Source of the DNA: Candidatus Omnitrophota bacterium
GTDB taxonomy: Bacteria > Omnitrophota > Gorgyraeia > Zapsychrales > JANLHA01
Length of the DNA: 64,000 bases
NCBI GenBank assembly: GCA_029560465.1
Contig: JAKQKX010000082.1
Span: forward strand, 4,947-68,946
Direction: 5' to 3'
Positions 1 to 8,755 of the stretch are shown piece after piece. How positions within the stretch are numbered: position 1 is the stretch's first letter; every line of letters begins with the position of its first letter. Both the position numbers and the translations under genes were made by a program. The notes under the pieces are model-generated. The model saw only the letters and a program-made list of their open reading frames with translations. It had not been told where the DNA came from and did no database searches.

Positions 1-762
1 AATGGTAAAGTCCTCCACCCCATGCAAAAACATATTCATGCGAGCGATCGTTGAGGTGGTAAGGTTCTTCTCTTGGCCAAAAATTTTGAGCGTCCGGTAA
101 TCCTGCTTCTTTTCTTTCAAATGGTTAATACATTCCAAAAGCATGCCGCCGGTGCCGCAGGCCGGGTCGTAAATAGACTCACCGGGCTTGGCATCTATAA
201 TCCGTCCCATTAGATTGACTACGGAACGCGGCGTATAAAACTCCCCCGCTTTCTTATTCGTTAAATCAGCGAAATGCTTGATCAAATATTCATACGCCTG
301 ACCAAGAATATCCGGTTCAATGTGGCCGTTAGCCAGATAGTATTGAGAGAAATGTTCAATGAGATTAATGAGAAGCTCGTCCGAAAGCCGGTCTTTATTC
401 GTCCACTGGGCGTCGCCAAAGATGCCGTAAAGAAACTTCTGGTTCGCCTTCTCAACCTCACGGAACGCGTATTGAAGCGCTTGACCGACATTCTTTGTAA
501 CCTGCCGCACATCATTCCAGTGACAGTTCTCCGGAATTATGAACCGGTGAAATTCCGGCAAACTCGCGTATTCCACATCGCCGCCCGACTCTTCTAAGGC
601 TTGTTTGTATTCGTCGTCATACACGTCTGAAATGCGCTTGAAGAACAAAAGCGGGAATATATAAACCTTGAAGTCGGCCGCGTCTACCGGGCCTTTTAGG
701 ATCCATGCGGCTTTGGAAAGATATTGCTCGAGTTGTGAAAGGGTTATTTTTCCGTTATTCAT
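1..762 (-). CDS. hsdM: Type I restriction-modification N6-adenine DNA methyltransferase subunit HsdM. N-terminal ~254 aa only; the C-terminus runs off the window start.
   Basis: My translation of the minus strand from the ATG at 760-762 reads MNNGKITLSQLEQYL...EFYTPRSVVNLM...DPACGTGGMLLE...NMFLHGVEDFTI with no stops down to nt 1. It contains the SAM-binding DPACGTGG motif and an HsdM-like N-domain. The start ATG overlaps the RadC stop (ATGA). Confidence 0.8.
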   Translation of the reverse strand, partial: MNNGKITLSQLEQYLSKAAWILKGPVDAADFKVYIFPLLFFKRISDVYDDEYKQALEESGGDVEYASLPEFHRFIIPENCHWNDVRQVTKNVGQALQYAFREVEKANQKFLYGIFGDAQWTNKDRLSDELLINLIEHFSQYYLANGHIEPDILGQAYEYLIKHFADLTNKKAGEFYTPRSVVNLMGRIIDAKPGESIYDPACGTGGMLLECINHLKEKKQDYRTLKIFGQEKNLTTSTIARMNMFLHGVEDFTI

Positions 763-1457
763 AACCCTCCCTGATCGGCAAAGCTGAAATGCTTATCGCC
801 TGCGATAATAATGTGATCCAAAAGCTTTATATCCAAGAGCTTCCCTGCATTGGACAAGTCCTGAGTGAATTTCCTGTCTTGTGCGCTTGGAGAACATTCC
901 GAGCTGGGATGGTTATGAACACAGACAATTGACTTGGCGAACTTCTGCAACGCGGCGTGGATTATTTCACGGACAATAGGAAATGCCTGATCAACGGTGC
1001 CGACCGCGGTATCAATGATGTCGATAATACGGTTATTGCTATCAAGATAAACAACCTTAAAAACCTCTGTCTTAAGGTCGCGAAGCTGAGGCATGACGAT
1101 ATCCACAACATCCTTGGCAGAGGCAATCTTCTGCTTCCCGGTGGACACATCGTCCTGTCGATAGCGCCGCCCGATTTCAAGCGCGGCCTGAATATGGGCA
1201 ATCTTGGCCCCGCCTAAACCCTTAAACTCTTTCCAGTCCCGGGCGTCGGTATGGGCCATGTTTCGGAATGTGCCGAATTTCTTTAAGATCTTGCGGGCGA
1301 GGTCAATGGCGCTGGTGCCAGCAGTACCGGTGCGAAGCAGAATGGCCAGAAGCTCTGAATTACTCAAAGCCCCTGCGCCCTTCTTGAGGAGTTTCTCTCT
1401 CGGCCTGTCATCCTCCGGCCAAGACTTTATGCCTGTAACTTTCTTTTCCTTCACCAT
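759..1457 (-). CDS. RadC-like JAB-domain protein
   Basis: 232 aa. The N-terminal region shows the RadC consensus (RPREKLL..GAGALSNSELLAILL). The C-terminal JAB/MPN metalloprotease-like motif HNHPS is present. Confidence 0.8.
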   Translation of the reverse strand: MVKEKKVTGIKSWPEDDRPREKLLKKGAGALSNSELLAILLRTGTAGTSAIDLARKILKKFGTFRNMAHTDARDWKEFKGLGGAKIAHIQAALEIGRRYRQDDVSTGKQKIASAKDVVDIVMPQLRDLKTEVFKVVYLDSNNRIIDIIDTAVGTVDQAFPIVREIIHAALQKFAKSIVCVHNHPSSECSPSAQDRKFTQDLSNAGKLLDIKLLDHIIIAGDKHFSFADQGGL

Positions 1458-1495
1458 TCTTCTCTTCTCTCGAATTAACCCGCAATTAAACTATC

Positions 1496-2023
1496 CTACG
1501 GAAGCGCAAAAGCGCGGCACTTAATGCGAATCTCTTTAAGCTCCTTCAGCACTGCCGTCAAGTCAAACGATTCACCGCGAAACGTCAAAGTCTGCGTCAA
1601 AGGATCATACGCCCTATGATGATTGCTAGGAAAATTTCTCTTCATTGACTTGAATGAATCTATTGCCAAGTCGCTGTAGACAGCCGAAGATTTCCCCTTA
1701 AACCATTTTTCTATTCGATCGTCATAGTGTTCGAAATGATTGCGGAATTTGCGATCAGAAAGAAGATTCCCTTCGTCGACTTTAAGCAACTCCCGCAATC
1801 TTTTGCCTCGTACCGCGTATTTCTTTTCCTGTGGCCATAAAATCTTCGATACGTTTCCAGTAGCCACGAGAATCGATTGAATTGAACTCCAAACTTCAAT
1901 CTGATCGAAATTTTTTGTGATCGCCGATAAACGTTTAGCCGCCAATTCTGCAATCTTTGACTGCAACACAATCTCGCCTATAAAAACCATCTCAGCAAGG
2001 GCTTTTTGTGGCCTATTATCCAT
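1496..2023 (-). CDS. Hypothetical protein with a possible HEPN-like Rx4H motif
   Basis: 175-aa ORF that is co-oriented and tightly spaced with its neighbours. The sequence LSDRKFRNHFEHYDDR contains R-x4-H, matching the HEPN nuclease Rx4-6H signature. The composition (K/E/L-rich) looks helical. No other family was recognised. Confidence 0.45.
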   Translation of the reverse strand: MDNRPQKALAEMVFIGEIVLQSKIAELAAKRLSAITKNFDQIEVWSSIQSILVATGNVSKILWPQEKKYAVRGKRLRELLKVDEGNLLSDRKFRNHFEHYDDRIEKWFKGKSSAVYSDLAIDSFKSMKRNFPSNHHRAYDPLTQTLTFRGESFDLTAVLKELKEIRIKCRAFALP

Positions 2024-2070
2024 CGTTCACTTCCTCAATTCATCTAAACTTCCGGCTACCGGATGGCCTT

Positions 2071-2760
2071 TCATAACTGATTCGGCAATCCGCCGTATAA
2101 GTCCTTTGATAATTCCGATTGCCAATATTCTTTGGTATCAATATCCATAATCGTCAGTTTGCCCGACCACCCAGCGCCGGTGTCCAGATCCCACACGTTG
2201 CAAACATGAATCGGCTCAAGCGTTCTATAAATCTCCGTTGTCGTATGGCCGATAAAAATATCATCGTATTTTGTGATCTGCGCTTCACGTCTATAATTAG
2301 CCGCTTCCCATGCGTCTTTTAATAAATCCCTATCCCACACAAGCACCTGAGCACTATTTTGTTCCAATGGCAAATCCGGCACAAAACCGGCATGAACGAA
2401 AAGCTTATTCCTGACTTCCAACCAAAGATGTCCACTTTTTAGGAAGTCAATATGCGTCTGCGGCATAGGCCCACCGTTATACGACGCCATCGTCCGGTCA
2501 CCACCTTGACTTGTCCATATCTCCGGCTTATCGCCTCGCAAGGCCCAGTCGAGCGCCCACATGTCATGATTGCCAATGATCAGATCGCAGTGCTTGATCT
2601 TTAATAACTCGTCGATACACTGCCTGACTTCCGGATACCCATCGCAAACATCACCCATCACGATCAGGCGGTCTTTCTTATAATCGAACTTTGAGCGCTC
2701 AAAGCACTGCATCATCGCCTTGTAGGCGCCGTGGATGTCCCCGATGGCGAAGGTTCTCAT
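2071..2760 (-). CDS. Calcineurin-like metallophosphoesterase (Ser/Thr phosphatase / ApaH-like)
   Basis: The motifs GDIHG, GDVCDG and GNHD occur in the canonical order of the PPP-family metallophosphatase signature. The stop overlaps the start of the upstream gene by 4 nt. Confidence 0.75.
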   Translation of the reverse strand: MRTFAIGDIHGAYKAMMQCFERSKFDYKKDRLIVMGDVCDGYPEVRQCIDELLKIKHCDLIIGNHDMWALDWALRGDKPEIWTSQGGDRTMASYNGGPMPQTHIDFLKSGHLWLEVRNKLFVHAGFVPDLPLEQNSAQVLVWDRDLLKDAWEAANYRREAQITKYDDIFIGHTTTEIYRTLEPIHVCNVWDLDTGAGWSGKLTIMDIDTKEYWQSELSKDLYGGLPNQL

Positions 2761-3548
2761 TCCTCAATCCTTCGCCGAATATCTCCAAACTTCTCAAACG
2801 CGTCTTCTCTCACATTCGCGACATAAGCGTCCGGGCCGTTTTCCTGCTCAACAAATAAAGGCCCCTTTGAGTCAACACTGGCAAAATACTCTTTGAGATT
2901 CTCTTTGACCTGTTTGCCTTCTTTCAGTTTTTTGATAAGGCCGACCACATCGTCGCAAAGCTGTGCCTTTGTCGGGCTGAATCTGATCATATAATAAACG
3001 TAATAAAGGTCTTTCCTGAGCTTAGCTTTGTTTTCCCGATCGACAAACGTCAGCAGTTTATGGAAAACAAACATCGATTCTGTCGGTATCTGGATACTCT
3101 TGCCGTTCATTTTCACCGGCATGACAGAGCCAAGTAACAAACTGAAATGCTGGATTTCATTGATCTTGATCTCTTGGCCAACGATCTTATTGATGACTTT
3201 CCGGGAAACCTTGGGGTCGGTGATAAATTCAACTTCCGCTTTGGCATCACCGGAGGCATCTTTTACAATAGGCACAAAGGGAATCAGTCTGTCCATTGAA
3301 GCGTGGCGCTCTCCGTATCCCAAACGTTGCACCCGGGAAGCAACAGTATCCTTCCCTTTAAAGTCATGATCACCAACGCCGAAATCGATGTCTCCAGTAG
3401 TCACTGCCATATTGGGGACGTCTTTCCACATGTGTTTGGCATAGATGTACGGTACCCAACCGCCAACCAGAACAAGATACGGCAAAAAATCAGCCAGATC
3501 GTCTATAACTTTGATGAGGAGCTTTTCTCCCGGGAATTCTTTAGGCAA
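2757..3548 (-). CDS. Pol-beta-fold nucleotidyltransferase (AbiEii-like, putative toxin component)
   Basis: 263 aa. The sequence VLVGGWVPY (hGG) followed by TGDIDFGV ([DE]h[DE]h) matches the minimal NTase active-site pattern. It overlaps the upstream wHTH gene by 8 nt. Confidence 0.55.
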   Translation of the reverse strand: MPKEFPGEKLLIKVIDDLADFLPYLVLVGGWVPYIYAKHMWKDVPNMAVTTGDIDFGVGDHDFKGKDTVASRVQRLGYGERHASMDRLIPFVPIVKDASGDAKAEVEFITDPKVSRKVINKIVGQEIKINEIQHFSLLLGSVMPVKMNGKSIQIPTESMFVFHKLLTFVDRENKAKLRKDLYYVYYMIRFSPTKAQLCDDVVGLIKKLKEGKQVKENLKEYFASVDSKGPLFVEQENGPDAYVANVREDAFEKFGDIRRRIEE

Positions 3549-4236
3549 TTGATTTTCCTTCCTCTTTTAATGTCTTGAATAAATACTCGGCATGATCACG
3601 GCCTCTCTGCGGAAAATGGTAGAGGTCCAAATAAAGCTGGAGATTCGAAACAACATTGTATCCTTTGATCACTTGGGTATTGAAAAATGTGGCGCTTTTA
3701 TAATACGGGTTTATTAAATAAAAATTACCGCCCGTCTTTAATTCCTTCAGATCAAGCACCTGCCGCAAGTCCAATGAAGCGCTTTTGAAATTCTTTACCG
3801 GCAGGTAACAATATATTGTCTGCGTGTTCACGTAGCTGGTAATGAGATTGGCCCCGGTATGAAGCGCCAGGGCGTATTGATTGGGCTCTTTCTTCCCTGC
3901 AAAATATTCCTTTAGCCGGGGAAGAATATCCTCTCGGGTTGAGTAATAAAGATGGGCCTCGTTAAGCTCAAACTTATAGACTTTGAGCCACTCCTCAAGA
4001 AGCTCTTCTTTGTTTTGCAATATGCTATGCGCGAGCCTGCCAGAACGGACTCCTCCGACAAACCCCTTGGCGCGAAGTTCTGATAGCACTTTTGCCGCGC
4101 GCGCGCGGCCCACGCCAAATTCTTTCTCGAAATCCCTAGCGACCCATTTCCTATCGGGTTGAGATAGCATGGCGCGAATGATTATGTTCGCCTTATCTCC
4201 TAAAAGTATTTTCATCGTAGTAACTCCTTCGTACAA
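3541..4236 (-). CDS. AbiEi-like winged-helix regulator (putative antitoxin/regulator of the NTase operon)
   Basis: 231 aa. The N-terminal segment ARDFEKEFGVGRARAAKVLSELRAKGFV looks wHTH-like. It is the first gene of the operon and sits downstream of the repeat-rich promoter. Confidence 0.5.
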   Translation of the reverse strand: MYEGVTTMKILLGDKANIIIRAMLSQPDRKWVARDFEKEFGVGRARAAKVLSELRAKGFVGGVRSGRLAHSILQNKEELLEEWLKVYKFELNEAHLYYSTREDILPRLKEYFAGKKEPNQYALALHTGANLITSYVNTQTIYCYLPVKNFKSASLDLRQVLDLKELKTGGNFYLINPYYKSATFFNTQVIKGYNVVSNLQLYLDLYHFPQRGRDHAEYLFKTLKEEGKSIA

Positions 4237-4272
4237 TCCATTACTTGACTATCTGTTAAGCCAAGGCATATT

Positions 4273-4332
4273 AAATGTCCACTTTTCCTAAATGTCCACT
4301 ATTTAGTGGACATTTCCAATTAGTGGACATTT
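4273..4332. promoter_or_regulatory. Four-copy 11-bp operator array (AAATGTCCACT x2 direct, then AGTGGACATTT x2 inverted) upstream of the wHTH gene
   Basis: The four copies are exact, at 4273-4283, 4290-4300, 4305-4315 and 4322-4332. They lie 37-97 bp upstream of the start codon at 4236. Confidence 0.6.
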
Positions 4333-4562
4333 TACCATGATGCACCTGAGAGTCAAGAGAAATATCTGATGCAGGTCAGTAAAATTATGCCCATCCATGT
4401 CCATCAAAATGCCCTTTTTGAGCCCTCCCGGACGCCTGCAGGATACCCCTAAAATCGCCTGTTTTCCGACGCTGGGAGCTTATTTTGGCCGAGGTGACCA
4501 CTTATGCCCAAACCCCAAAAGTGATGGACATGGACATCGATTTTTTTGACCACTATCACTGG

Positions 4563-4672
4563 CTCCTTGCGCCTCGCCCGACCTGCTCCCCCACCCGGCT
4601 TCCAAGGACCCATGGCGCCTGCCAGCATAAAAAATCCCTATGGCCACGCCTCTCCGGCTCTACCATAGGGAC
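4563..4672. repeat. Conserved ~105-bp element, copy A. It carries a hairpin plus T-run that would act as a terminator on the minus strand.
   Basis: I aligned 4563-4672 to 11452-11554 by eye. Shared blocks are CTCCTGCGCCTCGCCCGACC, CCGGCTTCCAAGGACCC and AGCATAAAAAATCCCTATG...CCATAGGGA. The hairpin TCCCTATGG/CCATAGGGA is followed by T6 on the minus strand. Confidence 0.6.
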
Positions 4673-4947
4673 TTGAGTTGCTAAAGCGAGCTGATCCTTA
4701 CAACGCCCCGATTACCGCCTCCGCCAAGCGCGTCATCGCATTACTATAAATCTGCCACTGGCCAGCCGAAGGTGCGCAAAAGGATACGTAGCTTCTTCGG
4801 ACTTTTTTCTGTATTTTCTGCTCTGTTTCCGCTTGTTTTATCCATTTTAGCCCTTCGTCATAGCAAAGCTTCCACGGCCGGCTAGGCCCTTACCTTTAAA
4901 ATTTATGAGTGAAATACGGAATGACCAAAATATACAACTAGTTAAAT

Positions 4948-5832
4948 CTATTGTTTTATTCTGCCTAATTTTTGCATAATTAAATCCCCAAGTTGGTTCG
5001 GGCTCTTAAATTGTAAATCCACATAACAAATTGTCGGACGTAATCCGGGGAGTTCAGTCTTGTCAAAGCGCGCGGGCAAGATATACTCCCCTTTTTCTTC
5101 TAATTCTAAGGCTTTGGCTAAGGCACTTCCTCGCTCATGGCTCGGCCAAATCTTTTCCTTATAATGCTTGGAAATAAACATAACGCAATATCGAGCGTCG
5201 CCTCTGAATACTTTGTCTAAATGCTCAACCAAATCTTTTCCCCAGAGAGTGGCTTCTTCATACTTATCATAGAAGAAACGAATATTTTTTTTCTTTAAAT
5301 AGGCGGCAACTTTCTCGACATAATCCCTATCTTCTCCTGCGAATGAAAGCGCCACTTCATAGGCATTTTCACCCGGCATATTTTCTTTGTTCTCGCCGAT
5401 TCTTTTTGCCTTGTATATGCCTCTGCCAGATATCTGGGAATCTATATCAAGCCTATATCCATCCGGCTCCAAGTATTTGTTTAGCTCATCAACAACTTGT
5501 TTTACCTCACTCGCATCACGCTCTCGCAAGACAACAGGATGGACTACCTGTTCAATAAATTTTAAGAAGATAGTTTCGGGACATTCAAATAGTTTTAAAT
5601 AATTGGATAAGAGAAAATCTTCATCCCAGTCACTATTATTAATCATGTGTTGCCAGATGTCGCCTTCTGCATTTTCAAATCTGCCATCGGTGGAAGGCAT
5701 TGAGGACAAATCCCATACCCTTTTCAGGAAACCGACAAGGTCTAATTTACCGTAAAAAGGTTTACCTCTTACAAGTAGATAATCAATAATATCTCGTCGG
5801 GTTAATTCTGTAATAATCATTTCAAAAATCAT
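4948..5832 (-). CDS. TIR-domain protein with an unrecognised ~150-aa N-terminal domain
   Basis: The C-terminal half reads EVALSFAGEDRDYVEKVAAYLKKKNIRFFYD...CVMFISKHYKEKIWPSHE. This is the bacterial TIR pattern (SFAGEDR, an FxSxxY box, and a conserved Glu). Confidence 0.7.
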   Translation of the reverse strand: MIFEMIITELTRRDIIDYLLVRGKPFYGKLDLVGFLKRVWDLSSMPSTDGRFENAEGDIWQHMINNSDWDEDFLLSNYLKLFECPETIFLKFIEQVVHPVVLRERDASEVKQVVDELNKYLEPDGYRLDIDSQISGRGIYKAKRIGENKENMPGENAYEVALSFAGEDRDYVEKVAAYLKKKNIRFFYDKYEEATLWGKDLVEHLDKVFRGDARYCVMFISKHYKEKIWPSHERGSALAKALELEEKGEYILPARFDKTELPGLRPTICYVDLQFKSPNQLGDLIMQKLGRIKQ

Positions 5833-5897
5833 TTCTTTAGGCTTTTGTTATTTCAGCCCAATCCTTGCAAATAAGTACCGTCTGATTCAAAACTGTT

Positions 5898-6794
5898 TCA
5901 GTATCTTTTTGCTGTTAGTCTGGCGGGTAGCCATATTTTGTTCAGTAAACCCAGTGTTTTATCTATATCAAAACTTTTCTGCTCATCAATTGTCAGGACA
6001 GGGAACAGCTCATCAGAAAGCCGGGATTTCATTTCCTTTATTTCTTTGTCTTTTCTTCCAAGATTCACCCGGTAATTCTTTAAATCAGTTGAAAAGCCGT
6101 CCTCTTCAAGCTTTCGCTTGAAAAGTGATAGCAATTCCTTGCTTTTAAAATCAAACCCGCTTTTAAGTAAATAGCCCAAATCATAAAAATCCCGCGATGC
6201 AATAGTCTGCCTTGTTGATGCCGCCCGGAGCTTCTCAGCGACAAGCTCATTAATCGAAAGGCACGTTATCTTGCCGGCATCAAACAATTCTTCTTTTGTG
6301 AATGGGTGCAAGAATTTATGGTTGATTTTCCTGGTTGTAAAACTAAGCATAGGATTAAACCGAAGCCCGATTTCAAGCTTGATGGATTCTTTTTTGCCAA
6401 GAACCACTGAATCATAGTCAAGGTAATAGATGTATTGGGTGGATTCGTTATGTCCTGCGCTATCCAGATTCCCGACGCTCATTGCCAGTTTCTGTAATAG
6501 CGGCTGTAATGATTTCTTTATCGGTTCGATTGCTTTTTTTCGAATTGCGCGCGTTGCCTCATCTACAGGCAGTTTTAATGTAAAGTCCAAGTCCTCGCTT
6601 AAGCGGTAATATGAATAATAAACCTTGCTTAGTGCAGTGCCGCCCTTGAATACGAGGTCTGGGCTAAGCTCATTTATTTTTGAAAGAACTATGGTTATGT
6701 AATAATCTTTTTCAAGAAGCCGCAAGGGAAACCCTGTCTGGGCTGATGTCCTTTCAAGAATTTTTAAAAATTCAGATTTATTCTCATGAAGCAT
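5898..6794 (-). CDS. AbiEii/AbiGii-family nucleotidyltransferase toxin (DUF1814)
   Basis: FKGGTALSKVY followed by SEDLDF is the DUF1814 NTase signature. The gene overlaps the upstream AbiEi gene. Confidence 0.75.
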   Translation of the reverse strand: MLHENKSEFLKILERTSAQTGFPLRLLEKDYYITIVLSKINELSPDLVFKGGTALSKVYYSYYRLSEDLDFTLKLPVDEATRAIRKKAIEPIKKSLQPLLQKLAMSVGNLDSAGHNESTQYIYYLDYDSVVLGKKESIKLEIGLRFNPMLSFTTRKINHKFLHPFTKEELFDAGKITCLSINELVAEKLRAASTRQTIASRDFYDLGYLLKSGFDFKSKELLSLFKRKLEEDGFSTDLKNYRVNLGRKDKEIKEMKSRLSDELFPVLTIDEQKSFDIDKTLGLLNKIWLPARLTAKRY

Positions 6795-7593
6795 TTTCTA
6801 TGACCATCCATTTTTTGTTTATACTGCCTTTTCTTGACTGCGAAGGATAAATGTTAATCAGGGATGTCTTTTTGACTGCTTTTAATAGCGGGCTTAACAT
6901 GCCATCACTGACCCTGCATTCTTCAAGGGCAATGCCGATTCTTTTAATGAGTGCTGTATTGGAAGATTTAACCGCGTATTTAATAAGCCTTGCAATATCT
7001 GTCTTTTTTCCCATGACATCGGATTTCAATATCTCAAACGCTTTCTTTAATCCTCCGACTGGCTCGGAAAAATAAAACAGGTCAATCAGTGTTTTTTCCC
7101 TGTCGCTGACAATAACATCAGTGTCTTTTATTTTTATCGTTTCAAAACCATAAAGGCGTTTTGGGGCAATCTTAATCATCTTGAAGCGCATGTTGCTGAC
7201 AACCTTTTCTTTTTGAGTGGAAGTGTTCAGGATATACATTGTCTGGAAAAGCTGGTCAGTAAAGCCGTAGTAGTTGTACATTGTTGAATAGCCGATATAA
7301 TAATTTTTCTTTGGGAAAAAAAGCGGCGGGATTAGGAATTCATTGATGTTGCTCCCGGCAGGGCCTGCTTCCAAAGGTGAATACAAATAGACGCCATTCT
7401 TGATTTTTTTAAGAATGCCTTTTTTGGAAAGACGGTAAAGCGTCTTTGCCCGTATTGACTTGAGATAGCCAAATAACTTGTCAAACTCTTCCTGAGTGAT
7501 TACCGTCACTTTCTCATAGGAGAGCCTTGATATGACTTCCTGCTCTCTCGGATTCAAGTATTGCATTGTATTGTTCTTTATCATTTTGCCCAT
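6784..7593 (-). CDS. AbiEi-family antitoxin / transcriptional regulator
   Basis: 269 aa with an N-terminal wHTH. It is the first gene of the pair and overlaps the AbiEii start by 11 nt. Confidence 0.65.
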   Translation of the reverse strand: MGKMIKNNTMQYLNPREQEVISRLSYEKVTVITQEEFDKLFGYLKSIRAKTLYRLSKKGILKKIKNGVYLYSPLEAGPAGSNINEFLIPPLFFPKKNYYIGYSTMYNYYGFTDQLFQTMYILNTSTQKEKVVSNMRFKMIKIAPKRLYGFETIKIKDTDVIVSDREKTLIDLFYFSEPVGGLKKAFEILKSDVMGKKTDIARLIKYAVKSSNTALIKRIGIALEECRVSDGMLSPLLKAVKKTSLINIYPSQSRKGSINKKWMVIENAS

Positions 7594-7838
7594 AAATGGA
7601 AATGCTAGGAATTTACATACAATATAAATCTTATGGTTTTATTGCTGTTTGTCAATATATTTCAGCATGTTATGCGATAACTCCCCATCTCAGCAATCCG
7701 CTTCAAGACCCCTTCCATAATACGCCTGTAGCGCGCGCATCAATACCCTTTTCGTCACAACTTTTTTTCTGAATAAATTCCGTAAATTCCGGGGACACAC
7801 AACTAAACCTTATTTAGTGTGGGTGAGTAAATTATTCT

Positions 7839-8483
7839 TCAATTATCCGATGTAAGCAATCTTCGGCGATAATCATCCGCCGCGTCCTGCCGGTCACGCC
7901 GGTACTTGTAGACTTCATCACTAATCCTTGACGCCTCGCGTTGCGCATCCATCACAGCACGATGCTGTGCCTGCCATCCGGCGTCTGGCGCCATCATCAT
8001 TTGTTGTTGGCCTTGGGGCTGTTGAGCCTGGTTCTGTTCCTGGTACGGAGTAAACGCGAAAGCAATTAAGATAACTCCAAGAGCCATGACGACAATGGTC
8101 CCGGATGCAACATAAACCGAATTCTTGGGATTCTTGCGGACATAGGCACCCAAAGGCGAAAGCTTTCCCCTCCACGGACGATAGACAGCCGTAGAAAAAC
8201 GATAGGCTTTTTCTTCAAGCGGAGTCAGTCCCACCGGTATCTCATCGCCGGGAAGCGGCGGAGGCGTTGCTTTATCTCCGGGCAAAGGCGGCGGCTGAAT
8301 ACGGCTTTTGAATAATCCCGCCAATTCCTGAATCTCTACGGCCGGTTTCCAATTATTCATTCCCTCGCACCATGCGAGCATTTGGGAAGTAATCAGGCCT
8401 TCCGTAATATTTTTTTCGATGGCCTCCTGGTCAAACGGGCCGATTTTCTGATTGTCCTTGCCAAAATAATAAACTTTGCCCAT
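7839..8483 (-). CDS. DUF4339 (GYF-like) domain membrane protein with PPLPGD repeats
   Basis: KVYYFG..GPF......GLI....LAW.EGM..WKPA matches the DUF4339 pattern. PPPLPGD is repeated and one TM helix is present. I chose the start at MGKVYY because AGGAG lies upstream of it. Confidence 0.5.
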   Translation of the reverse strand: MGKVYYFGKDNQKIGPFDQEAIEKNITEGLITSQMLAWCEGMNNWKPAVEIQELAGLFKSRIQPPPLPGDKATPPPLPGDEIPVGLTPLEEKAYRFSTAVYRPWRGKLSPLGAYVRKNPKNSVYVASGTIVVMALGVILIAFAFTPYQEQNQAQQPQGQQQMMMAPDAGWQAQHRAVMDAQREASRISDEVYKYRRDRQDAADDYRRRLLTSDN

Positions 8484-8755
8484 GTCTTCTTCTCCTTTTT
8501 TGTCGCTTCCTAAAGTTCCAGAGACGCACAACCATACCTTATTTAGCTTGGGTTACGGCGCGCATCCCCCTCATTCAAAAAACACTCCTTGTTTTTTCAC
8601 CGTAGATCATTTGTTTGCCATCTAGTAAACTCCTTAAATAAATCGACTATACGATCCAACCGTCAGCCAAAACTTTTCAAATAAATCTTTTTAATCATAA
8701 TGGGTAATTATCGTTCAAGAAAGTTTTGTAGTATAAAATTTTTGGACTGCATTGA

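Noticed and set aside
3912-4118. 68-aa minus-strand ORF nested in the wHTH gene
   Set aside because: It is an alternative frame of a supported CDS.
4273-4531. CRISPR array suggested by the repeated GGACAT-containing motifs
   Set aside because: The repeats are only 11 bp in mixed orientation with irregular spacing. There are no uniform spacers and no cas genes.
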